From IMG/VR virus record IMGVR_UViG_3300049215_000771, positions 62,001-126,000 of that record: DNA of 64,000 nucleotides; one strand, written 5' to 3'. How positions within the stretch are numbered: position 1 is the stretch's first letter; each line of letters opens with the position of its first letter. Below are positions 18,292-27,408 of this stretch, piece by piece. Made by a program: the position numbers and the translations under genes. The notes under the pieces are model-generated. The model was not told where the DNA came from, did no database searches, and saw nothing but the letters and a program-made list of their open reading frames with translations.

Positions 18292-18747
18292 GTGGGGGTC
18301 TACCTCGCTGACCGGGCGCTGGCGATGGTCGCCGAGGACTTCCACACGGGCATGGAGTTGCTGAAGATCGAGAAGGATCAACTCGCCGAGTACGTCATCG
18401 ACTTAGCGAAGCAACTCCGAGAGAAAGAACAACAGGAGAGCAAACCCAAACTCTCCATGCCGACGCCCAAGGTCTTGAAGAAGGTGACGGTTGTTGGTTT
18501 GTTGCCGGACCAGGCTCGCAACCTGGAAGAAAAACTGGCGGGCCTAGCCGAGTTGAACTTCATCGACAAGAACCGGCGCTCACCAACAGCCATTCCGCCA
18601 GTTCAAGACATTTTGGTGCTTGCAGCGGAATTCGTCAGCGTTCCGATGAAGATCGAAGCCAAGAAGCGAGCCGAGAACGGCACCCAGGTCATCTTGCACC
18701 GGGGCGGGGTTGGCCTGATGGCACAGAAACTCAAAGAAATCCTATGA
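18292..18747 (+). CDS. hypothetical protein
   Basis: 151-aa ORF containing VTVVGLLPDQ; start uncertain. Confidence 0.55.
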   Translation: MGVYLADRALAMVAEDFHTGMELLKIEKDQLAEYVIDLAKQLREKEQQESKPKLSMPTPKVLKKVTVVGLLPDQARNLEEKLAGLAELNFIDKNRRSPTAIPPVQDILVLAAEFVSVPMKIEAKKRAENGTQVILHRGGVGLMAQKLKEIL

Positions 18748-18836
18748 TTTTCAAGCCGGGTGATAAAGTCATGTGCATCAGCACCGACGCCCCCGCTCAT
18801 TTTCTGGCGTACCATTGACGAAGGATAGATACACCT

Positions 18837-18930
18837 GGAAGCGAATGCCGTCTGGTGTAGGCCGCAGTCTTCAAAACTGTTGTAGGGTGTGAACAACACT
18901 CTAGGAGGGTTCGATTCCCTTTCGCTTCCG
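18837..18930 (+). tRNA. selC: tRNA-Sec-like, anticodon UCA
   Basis: 8-bp acceptor GGAAGCGA/TCGCTTCC, 5-bp T stem with TTCGATT loop, TGGT D-loop, loop CTTCAAA (TCA at 18871-18873), 8-bp variable arm, G73; no encoded CCA. Confidence 0.85.
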
Positions 18931-19407
18931 TTCAACATACTCGGCGGCTTTTCTTAACAAGTCTGGATTGTCTTCAAATAAACCTAGAGCAGTGTTGCAA
19001 GTCCGACACAATAAACCACGAACATGCCCCTCAGCATGGCAGTGGTCAACAGCAAGTCGTTTGCCATCAGGATCGGGTTTTCCGCACAGGGCACACACGC
19101 CATTCTGTGATTCAAGTAACAAGTTGTAGTCATCAACTGATAAGCCAAATTCACGCCGAAGTTTGTTTTTCCAAACTACTTCGGCGTGATGTTTTTTGTC
19201 ACAGGTGGCATACCGTTTCTTGCAGTATGTTTTGTGCCATTCTTTGTTATTTTCGTAGCGGTCGCCGTATTTGTGACTGTTGTTTTTCCAGTAGTTTTGC
19301 TTGTACTTACGCTGGCAATCTCGACATTTGGTGTGCCGACGTTTTCCGCCATCACGGGGAGCGAATTCTTCAATCGGTTTGTCTATTTCGCAGGTGTTAC
19401 AAATCAT
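18901..19407 (-). CDS. endonuclease VII-like HNH (homing) endonuclease
   Basis: CNTC/CRDC Zn motifs; CALC...LAVDHCH..GHVRGLLCRTCNTALG. Confidence 0.85.
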   Translation of the reverse strand: MICNTCEIDKPIEEFAPRDGGKRRHTKCRDCQRKYKQNYWKNNSHKYGDRYENNKEWHKTYCKKRYATCDKKHHAEVVWKNKLRREFGLSVDDYNLLLESQNGVCALCGKPDPDGKRLAVDHCHAEGHVRGLLCRTCNTALGLFEDNPDLLRKAAEYVERKRKGIEPS

Positions 19408-19973
19408 AGTTTGGCGGTACTCTCCATAAGGGCTTTTACGTTCTCACGACAAAACCCGAATTCGTCCCTTTCAATGAACTCATAGATCACTCCTGTCAGC
19501 AAAGAAGGTTTCGTGAACACCTGGGTCAATCCAGGACACTTCATTGGTTCGTCGGACGTAAATTCGGCGTACCCCTTCTGCTTCCAATCTTCCATTGTTT
19601 GTTGAACGCTATCTACCTGATAGGCGATATGGTGGATTCCTCCAACGCCGCCACGGGCAGCAACCCAATCTCCTACAATGGAACCAGGGGAGCCATCCGA
19701 AACAAAAATTTCAGGTGCAAGATGGTAATTTTGCATCACTTCACGCACAAGGCCGGCAGGTTCTTCGGGCATGTAGTTTACTCCACCGTAAACCCAATGA
19801 ACCTGAGTGCCAGCTTTCTTCTCAGGCGGCTCCAGGGCAATGCACTTGGCGGTTTGTCCTTCGCCAAAGTCAATGTCGAATTCCTGCTGAACGTGGTAGC
19901 CCAGGGCGTCGATGAAAAACTTCGCCGACTTCCAACGGTCGGCTACTCGATAGGCAATATGATCTAGTCGCAT
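19404..19973 (-). CDS. VOC/glyoxalase-fold protein (HPPD-like)
   Basis: MRLDHIAYRV, GGIHHIAYQV, IYEFIER. Confidence 0.75.
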   Translation of the reverse strand: MRLDHIAYRVADRWKSAKFFIDALGYHVQQEFDIDFGEGQTAKCIALEPPEKKAGTQVHWVYGGVNYMPEEPAGLVREVMQNYHLAPEIFVSDGSPGSIVGDWVAARGGVGGIHHIAYQVDSVQQTMEDWKQKGYAEFTSDEPMKCPGLTQVFTKPSLLTGVIYEFIERDEFGFCRENVKALMESTAKL

Positions 19974-20010
19974 GATTTCTCCTTGTAGCAACACTCAACT
20001 AAGGTAGTTT

Positions 20011-20853
20011 ATGATTCCAGATTTGAATCCCGTCACCCGTGTTTGTTCGTTTCCATCAGAAATCAAGAATGAACTTCTGATGATGAACAAGTATCAGCCT
20101 GTTGATAAAGACATCTTAATTGTTGTCCACAACCAACTGCCGTACTTGAAGAATTGCGTCGAATCAATTCGTGAGAATACTGATAACTACAAGTTGTATA
20201 TATGGGACAATGCTTCTGGTGAGGAAATGAAAGATTGGTTAGCCGAGCAGAAAGACATTCAGGTTCATGGCTCGACGGCAAACCAGGGTTTCATTCTGCC
20301 GAACAACAAGCTGGCCTGGTACAGTCGCTCGCCTTATTTGGTCTTGCTCAACTCGGATACCAAGGTGTACCCTGGATGGGACAAGGCCATGATCGCCTTT
20401 CTCCAGGCCGGCTACGCCCAGGCCGGGTACTTAGGCGGTTTCCTTGATTGGCGTGGGTTCGGGCACAAATTCGGCTTCGGCGAGAATGTTGAGTACATCT
20501 GTGGCTGGTGTTTCGCCATGCCCAGGGATGTTTTTCAGCAGCATGGACTGTTTGACGCTCATCATCTGACCTTCGCCTATTGCGAGGACGCTGACCTTTC
20601 TTTGAGGCTCCGAGAGGCCAATTTGCGACTCTATGCCCTGCATTTGGGGTTAGTTTCGCACTACCAGAACAAGACCATCGAGGAGGTTTCCAAGGTTCTG
20701 GATTGCTCTAAAGCCATAGAAGCTAACCACTTGTACATGCGCAAACGGTGGGAAAAGTACCTGCCGAAAAAACCGGCTGATGCGCCGAAATCTGGTGCTG
20801 ACAACGGGTTATTGGTTTACAACACTGGCAGTCGTGGGGTAGAATCTGCGTAA
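20011..20853 (+). CDS. glycosyltransferase family 2
   Basis: ILIVVHNQ, IWDNAS, LLNSDT, YCEDADLSLR; start uncertain. Confidence 0.85.
   Translation: MIPDLNPVTRVCSFPSEIKNELLMMNKYQPVDKDILIVVHNQLPYLKNCVESIRENTDNYKLYIWDNASGEEMKDWLAEQKDIQVHGSTANQGFILPNNKLAWYSRSPYLVLLNSDTKVYPGWDKAMIAFLQAGYAQAGYLGGFLDWRGFGHKFGFGENVEYICGWCFAMPRDVFQQHGLFDAHHLTFAYCEDADLSLRLREANLRLYALHLGLVSHYQNKTIEEVSKVLDCSKAIEANHLYMRKRWEKYLPKKPADAPKSGADNGLLVYNTGSRGVESA
20816..20845 (+). promoter_or_regulatory. sigma70-type promoter for clpX
   Basis: TTTACA-18-TAGAAT. Confidence 0.55.
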
Positions 20854-20883
20854 CGGCTGCCGTCAACGGGAAGAGGTAAAAAC

Positions 20884-22230
20884 ATGGCAAAGAAAGACAA
20901 GGGTTCGTCGGTCTGTGACTACTGTGGCAAAAGCAGCAAGCAGGCTGGCGTCTTGGTCGAAGGACCGCCAGCGAAAAATGAAGTGAACGGTCGTCCACCT
21001 GGATCGAGGCCGTACATTTGTCCTGGCTGCATCGAACTGTGTGCTGACGTGGTGAAGCAGAAGATGATGAAGCAGGGAACCGCTGATGTCATCCCCAAGA
21101 ACCTGCCGACTCCACGGCAGATCGTGGAGGAACTGGATCAGTACATTGTCGGCCAGGATCGAGCCAAGCGTGTCCTGGCCGTTGCCGTCCACAACCACTA
21201 CAAGCGGCTCAGGGACGATGCCGAGCGGCTGGACACCTACGACCCGGAAGATGAGTTGGCGAACACGACCATCGAGAAGGCGAACGTGCTGCTGGTCGGT
21301 CCTACGGGGTGTGGCAAGACATTGCTGGCCCGGACGCTGGCCCGCATTGTTGGTGTTCCTTTCGCAATCGGAGACGCCACGACGCTCACGGAAGCTGGTT
21401 ATGTCGGCGAAGATGTTGAGAACCTGGTTCTGAAGCTGGTTCGCAACGCCGAATTCAATGTCGAACTGGCCCAGCAGGGTATCATCTACCTGGACGAAGT
21501 TGACAAGATCGGGCGCACTACCTCGAACGTCTCGATTACTCGTGACGTATCAGGAGAAGGGGTCCAGCAAGCCCTGCTGAAGATGCTGGAAGGCACTGTC
21601 TGCAACGTGCCGCCGCAAGGTGGGCGCAAGCACCCGGAACAGCAGTACATCCAGGTGGACACGACCAACATCTTGTTCATCTGTGGTGGAACCTTCGTGG
21701 GCCTGGATCAGATCGTGAAACGCCGCACCGGAAAAAGTGGTATGGGTTTTGGCCAGGTCCGGCCTGCCGGCCTGACCGACCAGAAAGAAAAAAACCAACT
21801 CATCGAGCAGGTTTCGACGGACGACCTGGTGGAATTTGGCATCATCCCGGAGTTTGTTGGTCGGTTGCCGGTCATCGCTCCACTGATGGAGATGGACGAG
21901 GATGCCCTGGTGGACGTGCTGACGAAGCCCAAGGACGCCATCGTAAAACAGTACAAGAAGCTGTTCCGCATGGATGAAGTGAAACTGGAATTTACTGACA
22001 AGGCAATCCGTGAAATCGCCAAACTCGCCATCGAGAAGGGTACTGGCGCTCGTGGTCTTCGCAGCGTGGTGGAAGGTTTCATGACCGACACCATGTACGT
22101 TCTCCCGGAGCATAGCGGAGAAACCATCGTGATCGACGAAAGTATGGTCAAGGGCGAACGTCCGATCTTCGAGAAGCCCAAGGCTGTGGAAATCGTGGAA
22201 CCGCCCAAAGAAGAAGAAAAGGCAGCCTGA
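20884..22230 (+). CDS. clpX: ATP-dependent Clp protease ATP-binding subunit ClpX
   Basis: C4 Zn finger, [41 protein letters not shown]; loop SGMGF at the IGF position. Confidence 0.95.
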   Translation: MAKKDKGSSVCDYCGKSSKQAGVLVEGPPAKNEVNGRPPGSRPYICPGCIELCADVVKQKMMKQGTADVIPKNLPTPRQIVEELDQYIVGQDRAKRVLAVAVHNHYKRLRDDAERLDTYDPEDELANTTIEKANVLLVGPTGCGKTLLARTLARIVGVPFAIGDATTLTEAGYVGEDVENLVLKLVRNAEFNVELAQQGIIYLDEVDKIGRTTSNVSITRDVSGEGVQQALLKMLEGTVCNVPPQGGRKHPEQQYIQVDTTNILFICGGTFVGLDQIVKRRTGKSGMGFGQVRPAGLTDQKEKNQLIEQVSTDDLVEFGIIPEFVGRLPVIAPLMEMDEDALVDVLTKPKDAIVKQYKKLFRMDEVKLEFTDKAIREIAKLAIEKGTGARGLRSVVEGFMTDTMYVLPEHSGETIVIDESMVKGERPIFEKPKAVEIVEPPKEEEKAA

Positions 22231-22538
22231 TGTTTGATGGCGTCTACTTCATTCAGAATGTGCCTGGCTTTGAATTGCTGCACGGCCCATTGCTGGCGCT
22301 GTGGACGCCGGTAGACACTCACGGCAAGTTCTTCGCACTTACGGGAGGGGAGGTAGTAAATTACCTCCTCTCCCTTCATCAGCCACACCTTGATGGTTTT
22401 GGTCCTACCCCCGACGCAGCCGAAGCCGACCTGTTTGCCAAGATTAACAAGGAATACGACAACTCGCCCGTTCTGCAAAGCCTATTAAGGAGAGTCGATG
22501 GCGCTGACGGTCTGCTTCAATTGCGACAAAACATATAA
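22230..22538 (+). CDS. hypothetical protein
   Basis: 102-aa ORF; start overlaps the clpX stop. Confidence 0.5.
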   Translation: MFDGVYFIQNVPGFELLHGPLLALWTPVDTHGKFFALTGGEVVNYLLSLHQPHLDGFGPTPDAAEADLFAKINKEYDNSPVLQSLLRRVDGADGLLQLRQNI

Positions 22539-22677
22539 CCACAGACAGGTTTCTTGTCCTTACTGCGGAACCCACAATTTCTTCTCGGACACGGACACAA
22601 TCCCGGAAGCGGTTGAATACTTGTGTCAGAACATGGAGACGAAAGCCGAGCGGGAAAAACAGATTAAGTTGAAGTAA
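22498..22677 (+). CDS. small zinc-finger protein, 59 aa
   Basis: AAGGAG RBS; CFNC...CPYCG. Confidence 0.6.
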   Translation: MALTVCFNCDKTYNHRQVSCPYCGTHNFFSDTDTIPEAVEYLCQNMETKAEREKQIKLK

Positions 22678-22750
22678 CTGCGTCGTGTGCAACGAGAATT
22701 GAACCCGCCCTGGTGGGTGAGGTTCTACCGCTGGCTGAAGGAAAAATACG

Positions 22751-23173
22751 ATGAGTGAACCACTGGACCTCCTGAAAACCTACCACGATCACATCTCTCG
22801 GTCCATCGACGAGAAGGGTGTGTACCCCCATCAGATGATGTGTGAGGACGACGATGGAAAGCTGGGCGTTTACGCCCTGATGTTGAACAAACCTCACGAA
22901 GTTCTCCAGGCAGTGCTGAAAGCGCTGATGGAACACAAGCCGAAGCAACTCATTTATGGCCTGGACCGTTTCTGCAAGTCGGGCCAGGGGACTACCCTGG
23001 GCGACTGCATCGCCGGGTTGTATTGGAATGGTGAAGCATGGCGTCCCTTCATCATCGAGTACCAACATGAGCCGAGGGTCGTGAAGCCAATCGACTTCGA
23101 CAACCAGTGGTGGAAGAAATCGCTCCAACAGGAGTGGACGGACTTCCTGAAGCGGGCGCTCTTGCAAGAATAA
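22751..23173 (+). CDS. hypothetical protein
   Basis: 140-aa ORF with typical codon usage. Confidence 0.6.
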   Translation: MSEPLDLLKTYHDHISRSIDEKGVYPHQMMCEDDDGKLGVYALMLNKPHEVLQAVLKALMEHKPKQLIYGLDRFCKSGQGTTLGDCIAGLYWNGEAWRPFIIEYQHEPRVVKPIDFDNQWWKKSLQQEWTDFLKRALLQE

Positions 23174-23181
23174 GGATAATA

Positions 23182-23895
23182 ATGGGAAAACCTATTTTTC
23201 GTGTCATTGGTGACGTTCATGGTCACTACAACGCCTACGTCAATATCGCCAAGCAAGCTGAGAACAGTTTGCAGATTGGCGACTTGGGCTTTGAGTACGA
23301 TTGTTTGAAGCAATTGGACCCGGAGCATCACAAAGTTTTGGCCGGCAATCACGACAACTACGACAAGTGGGGGACGGAGAAGTTCATCCATATGCAGACC
23401 GGCCACTGGCTCGGCGATTATGGCGTGTACACTGTGCCTGGTTTTGGGGACATCTTCTTTGTTCGGGGTGGTTACTCTATTGACTGGAGATACCGGATGC
23501 CCGGTCGAAGCTGGTGGAAGGATGAGGAACTGACCTACGAAGAAATGCAGAAGGCTTTGGAACTTTACAACCAAGTGAAACCGGAGTATGTTTTCACTCA
23601 TGAGTGTCCTGGCGAGATCATCGACGCCGCCTTCGGTCAGAAAACATGGGATGGGGAGTTGTTGAAGCCCAGCATGACGGCGAAGTTGTTGGATACCATG
23701 TGGGGTAATCACGCCCCGAAGTATTGGTTGTTCGGCCATCATCACAAAACATGGACTGCGGAGTTGCGGGGTACGATCTTCCGTTGTCTCCCGGAGTTGG
23801 GGTTTGTGGATTTCGACAAGGATCGGGAGATCGTGTACGCAGAAAGTCCGGGAGGCAAGGCGTTGGCGAAACTTCAATCACAGGAATGGGATTAG
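23182..23895 (+). CDS. calcineurin-like metallophosphoesterase (TAG stop)
   Basis: GDVHG, GDLG, GNHD, THECP, FGHHH. Confidence 0.88.
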   Translation: MGKPIFRVIGDVHGHYNAYVNIAKQAENSLQIGDLGFEYDCLKQLDPEHHKVLAGNHDNYDKWGTEKFIHMQTGHWLGDYGVYTVPGFGDIFFVRGGYSIDWRYRMPGRSWWKDEELTYEEMQKALELYNQVKPEYVFTHECPGEIIDAAFGQKTWDGELLKPSMTAKLLDTMWGNHAPKYWLFGHHHKTWTAELRGTIFRCLPELGFVDFDKDREIVYAESPGGKALAKLQSQEWD

Positions 23896-23902
23896 GGGGT
23901 CT

Positions 23903-24490
23903 ATGCAAAAATTCGTAGCAACAGTGTTCGATGGCGAATCGTGGGATAAGCACGGTTTGCCGTGGGTGCGAGCAGCAAAATCAACAGGCTATCATGGCCT
24001 GATAATCGACAATGGTTTGTCGGAAGAAGCAAAAAGCAAGGTGTTGGAACTGAAATTCCGACTGGTTCCCCAGGGAAGCGCCAAGACTAGGCATTTCGCC
24101 GCCTTGGTAGACAGCCTGAAAGAAGGTGAGCAATGCTTTTTGTGTCCCGTCGATCACGATTTCAAGTCCGCCGACTTGGACTCGTATTTCGCCGGTCCCG
24201 GTTTGGTTTGCGCCTGCGAAGGCGAATGGCATTTGCCCAACGCCGTTCTGCCAATCGCTAACATCTACAGGCGGGCCGATGCGACTCGCTTGATTGAGGA
24301 GAAGGTGATTCCTGTTTATGGTTCCACGCTGGACACCAGGCTGATGTGTGGCGATTTGGAGGCATGGGCGGGATTCGTGGGATATTACAATTTCCTGCTT
24401 CATTCGGCTTTTCTGGAGGCATGGCTTGAGGTTGATAGGATGGCACTCAACCTGTACGCTGCGCATTTTCCAGGCCGGGTGAGGGTGTGA
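23903..24490 (+). CDS. hypothetical protein, possibly glycosyltransferase-like
   Basis: LIIDNGLS; weak resemblance only. Confidence 0.45.
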   Translation: MQKFVATVFDGESWDKHGLPWVRAAKSTGYHGLIIDNGLSEEAKSKVLELKFRLVPQGSAKTRHFAALVDSLKEGEQCFLCPVDHDFKSADLDSYFAGPGLVCACEGEWHLPNAVLPIANIYRRADATRLIEEKVIPVYGSTLDTRLMCGDLEAWAGFVGYYNFLLHSAFLEAWLEVDRMALNLYAAHFPGRVRV

Positions 24491-24493
24491 CCT

Positions 24494-24775
24494 ATGTGCT
24501 TTCAAGACCCAGGTGGTACAATGCTGATGAAGCTGATGATTCCCAAAGGGAAGAGTCTTTACGACGACGCTCCCTTCGACGTGCGGAGGCGTCTGTTTGA
24601 GACTTTCAAACGCTTCAAAGTCATCGACTCTCGTGAGATCGTTGGCGAGAGCCTGCTTCGACTGGAACGGGTGTGTCGGAAGACCAAACGGCATCAACAG
24701 AAGCCGCCGACGCCCACTGACCAGCAAAGCAGGACGCTGTTTGAAATGCTCCGATACTACAAGTCACTGAAATGA
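24494..24775 (+). CDS. hypothetical protein
   Basis: 93-aa ORF, in frame with the upstream gene across one TGA. Confidence 0.45.
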   Translation: MCFQDPGGTMLMKLMIPKGKSLYDDAPFDVRRRLFETFKRFKVIDSREIVGESLLRLERVCRKTKRHQQKPPTPTDQQSRTLFEMLRYYKSLK

Positions 24776-25002
24776 ACAACCGCTGGAACCCCGACATCCT
24801 CAACGACGTAATAGTGGAGGAAGAACCCGAAAACCCGTTCGACTTCGATGACAAGCCCCACCTGAGAACGGATAACTATCATCAGCACCGGAACCTGATG
24901 GGTATTTATGCCCTTCTCATCACGCTTGGCCTGTTTGTTTTTGTTTCGGTTTTTCTGGTCGGCATTGTTCATATAGTTGACCTGATTAAAACCATGAAAT
25001 GA
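24772..25002 (+). CDS. small membrane protein
   Basis: C-terminal hydrophobic helix; ATGA overlap. Confidence 0.55.
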   Translation: MNNRWNPDILNDVIVEEEPENPFDFDDKPHLRTDNYHQHRNLMGIYALLITLGLFVFVSVFLVGIVHIVDLIKTMK

Positions 25003-25011
25003 AAGGCAAAT

Positions 25012-25449
25012 ATGGCTAACAAGCATCTATTGTTCGTGTATGGCTCCCTGAAGCAAGGAATGATGCGGAACGTGGCGCTGCGTGGTCAGCGATACATCGG
25101 TATTGCTACCACGCAGCCCCATTACGCTATGTATCAACTCGCTGGCTACCCGGCCCTCATCAAGAACGACCATCCCGAAGCGGAAACATTGTTGAAAGAA
25201 GGCGAGGAAATCTACGGCGAGTTGTATGAACTTGACAACGCCTGTGTTATGGAACTTGACAAGATCGAGGCGTGTGACCAGGGTTTGTACGAAAGGCGTA
25301 ATGTGGACCTGAAGGAAATTTGGCCGTCATTCCTTCCTTCTTGTCAGGAAGTCTTTGGAGCATTTCACCAGAAGCGGGCCGAGACTTACTTCTACAAGAA
25401 ACCAATCGGTGGCGCACGCAACTGCGGCCATTTCTGGAGTCCACGCTGA
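25012..25449 (+). CDS. gamma-glutamylcyclotransferase (AIG2-like)
   Basis: LFVYGSLK, IYGELY, LDKIE...YER. Confidence 0.8.
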   Translation: MANKHLLFVYGSLKQGMMRNVALRGQRYIGIATTQPHYAMYQLAGYPALIKNDHPEAETLLKEGEEIYGELYELDNACVMELDKIEACDQGLYERRNVDLKEIWPSFLPSCQEVFGAFHQKRAETYFYKKPIGGARNCGHFWSPR

Positions 25450-25455
25450 TCCTGG

Positions 25456-25484
25456 TTTACATCCGTGCAAAAACGGAGTAAAAT
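25456..25484 (+). promoter_or_regulatory. sigma70-type promoter
   Basis: TTTACA-17-TAAAAT. Confidence 0.7.
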
Positions 25485-25490
25485 CAGGAC

Positions 25491-26084
25491 ATGGACAAGC
25501 TGAAAGTGCTGCAACTGCTGGTCAAACACGCACGCCCGGAAATCCTCAAGGAATACCGGCGTGATTCGTGTATTGCGTCTAGCGGCGTTGGCCTGGATGT
25601 CCTCGATCATTTCGGCATCCTGGGCGAGCCATTGGCTGTCAAGGTAATGATTTGGAACCCGGCCTTCGTTAAGCGTATTGAGGCCGGTCATCCGTTCCCC
25701 AAAGATCGAGCCGAGTTGGATGTTTGGGTAAAGGAGGATGGTGCTTGGAACGTCGGCCTTGGGCTAGGCGGCGATCCTGAACCGATGAAGTGGCCTGGGC
25801 ACCTTGTCATCATCGGCGAGCGACGATACTTGTTGGATTTGTCGCTCGATCAGGCTAGTCGTCCCCAACATAACATCAACTTGGATGTCCTGGGGGCGGA
25901 AATTACGGATGATTTCTTGTCTGGCAAAGAGCCTCGTATCGTGGAGATCGGTGGCAGTATCATAAGATTCATTGCATGGCCGGACAACTTGGGGTATACT
26001 AATTCACCAGACTGGATGTTTCGCACCCGACGAAACAGGATTGTCCAACGGGTGATTCGGAGCATCGAGGAGGAATTAGGATGA
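25491..26084 (+). CDS. hypothetical protein
   Basis: 197-aa ORF directly after the promoter. Confidence 0.65.
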   Translation: MDKLKVLQLLVKHARPEILKEYRRDSCIASSGVGLDVLDHFGILGEPLAVKVMIWNPAFVKRIEAGHPFPKDRAELDVWVKEDGAWNVGLGLGGDPEPMKWPGHLVIIGERRYLLDLSLDQASRPQHNINLDVLGAEITDDFLSGKEPRIVEIGGSIIRFIAWPDNLGYTNSPDWMFRTRRNRIVQRVIRSIEEELG

Positions 26085-26455
26085 ACCCTGTTATCGGCAT
26101 TGTGTTGCTGTCACTATTCATGGCGCTGTCGCTTGGTGCCCTGGCAACACTGGTCGTGAAATATAGAAACCGCTGGCTGACCCTCAAGGCCCGCCAAGAA
26201 GCGAATTTGGCTGTGGACTTGGACTTGGCGACAAGCGACCAACTCCTCGCCGAAATGCGTAAACGCCCAAGAACTTATCTCCTGTTGTTGCCCGTAAACA
26301 ACATGGAGGAAGGTTGCTTCGGCCTCTCGGTCGAAGTTCACAATATCGACGCCGTTCCTGCTGCTGGCATTCTCAAAGTGGCGGCTGCAATGGCTGAGAA
26401 GGAACTGCGTAAACAAGGTGTCGAACTACCCGATATGCCCGATCTACCGGAGTAA
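26081..26455 (+). CDS. membrane-anchored hypothetical protein
   Basis: N-terminal TM helix; ATGA overlap. Confidence 0.6.
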   Translation: MNPVIGIVLLSLFMALSLGALATLVVKYRNRWLTLKARQEANLAVDLDLATSDQLLAEMRKRPRTYLLLLPVNNMEEGCFGLSVEVHNIDAVPAAGILKVAAAMAEKELRKQGVELPDMPDLPE

Positions 26456-26458
26456 GTC

Positions 26459-26668
26459 ATGGCAGAACTATGGGGCGACAAAGATGACCCCGATCCGGGT
26501 CCGAACCCGATCTGGTCCATTGTCCGTATCGCTATTTTCACAGCCATCATCTTGGTTTTTTACTTCTTCTTTCTTCGCCCTACATTCGTTCGAGGGGCTG
26601 ATGTCGAACAAAATGTGCGAAAGCTGCCCGTGGAATCCAACATCGTACTGCCATCACAGGATGAATGA
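26459..26668 (+). CDS. small membrane protein
   Basis: Single hydrophobic segment. Confidence 0.5.
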   Translation: MAELWGDKDDPDPGPNPIWSIVRIAIFTAIILVFYFFFLRPTFVRGADVEQNVRKLPVESNIVLPSQDE

Positions 26669-26819
26669 TTGGGCATCACTTCTTGACGAACAAGGTTACA
26701 TCCGGCCTCACGGGTGTCATGAGCGGGAAGATACCGACACGCCTGCTCCCGAAAATGAATGTGTTGGTCACACCCTACATCTCAGAAAGCGAGACTGTCA
26801 TGGGGAACAAGTGGGTTGA
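26601..26819 (+). CDS. small Cys/His-rich protein (CxxCPW...CH...C)
   Basis: GAGGGG RBS; MSNKMCESCPW...HGCHE...ECVG. Confidence 0.5.
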   Translation: MSNKMCESCPWNPTSYCHHRMNDWASLLDEQGYIRPHGCHEREDTDTPAPENECVGHTLHLRKRDCHGEQVG

Positions 26820-27165
26820 CATTCACAACGATCCTGACTGGCAGCGCTACGAAAAACACGTTCGAGAGAACGTCGTCCCGAACCTCAAAGACAGTTCCAT
26901 CTTCATCTCCATCACGCCCAACGATGGAAAGCCGGACGTGAAATTCGCCGTGGAATTGGGTTTTGCCATTATGTATGATAAACCCATCATCCTCGCCATC
27001 CCGCCCGGCACGAAGGTTCCCGACAGGTTGGTGAAAGTTGCCGACCGGATCGTGGAAATCGACATGAACGACGAAGACAGCCGCAACCGCCTGATGGAAA
27101 CCATCATGGAGATGAGGGCGGAATTCGGCGAGCAGGATGGCGAACATCGTCACGGGGAAGAGTAA
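26800..27165 (+). CDS. hypothetical protein
   Basis: MGNKWVDI...FAVELGFAIMYDKPIIL, resembling part of the nucleoside deoxyribosyltransferase fold. Confidence 0.55.
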   Translation: MGNKWVDIHNDPDWQRYEKHVRENVVPNLKDSSIFISITPNDGKPDVKFAVELGFAIMYDKPIILAIPPGTKVPDRLVKVADRIVEIDMNDEDSRNRLMETIMEMRAEFGEQDGEHRHGEE

Positions 27166-27407
27166 TGAGTCGCATTGTTTTCGGCCTTGACATCGACAAA
27201 CATCTCCAAGATGTGAGAGATACCGTCAATGAGTTCCTTAGCATCGTTTTGATGTGCGGTCATTGGCCTCTTGAACTCAATCCGAGGCCCGCCAGTTTCA
27301 AGACGCTGAACAAGTACATGGAACTCAAATTCAGGATGGTGGACATGGAGATGTGGAAGGAATGGCTGGAGAAGGAATTTCCCAACATTTTCGATTTCGA
27401 CAACTGA
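27165..27407 (+). CDS. hypothetical protein
   Basis: 80-aa ORF, TAATG overlap. Confidence 0.55.
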   Translation: MSRIVFGLDIDKHLQDVRDTVNEFLSIVLMCGHWPLELNPRPASFKTLNKYMELKFRMVDMEMWKEWLEKEFPNIFDFDN

Positions 27408-27408
27408 A

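Noticed and set aside
17955-18747. Programmed +1 frameshift joining two ORFs at AGA-TGA
   Set aside because: No re-pairing-compatible slippery codon and no homology evidence that they are one protein.
22751-26084. RSIDE (22751 ORF) and C-terminal RSIEE (25491 ORF) as extra RSIDD-family members
   Set aside because: They lack the preceding aromatic residue and the DD; the first is N-terminal. RSIDS in the 31471 ligase is a family motif.
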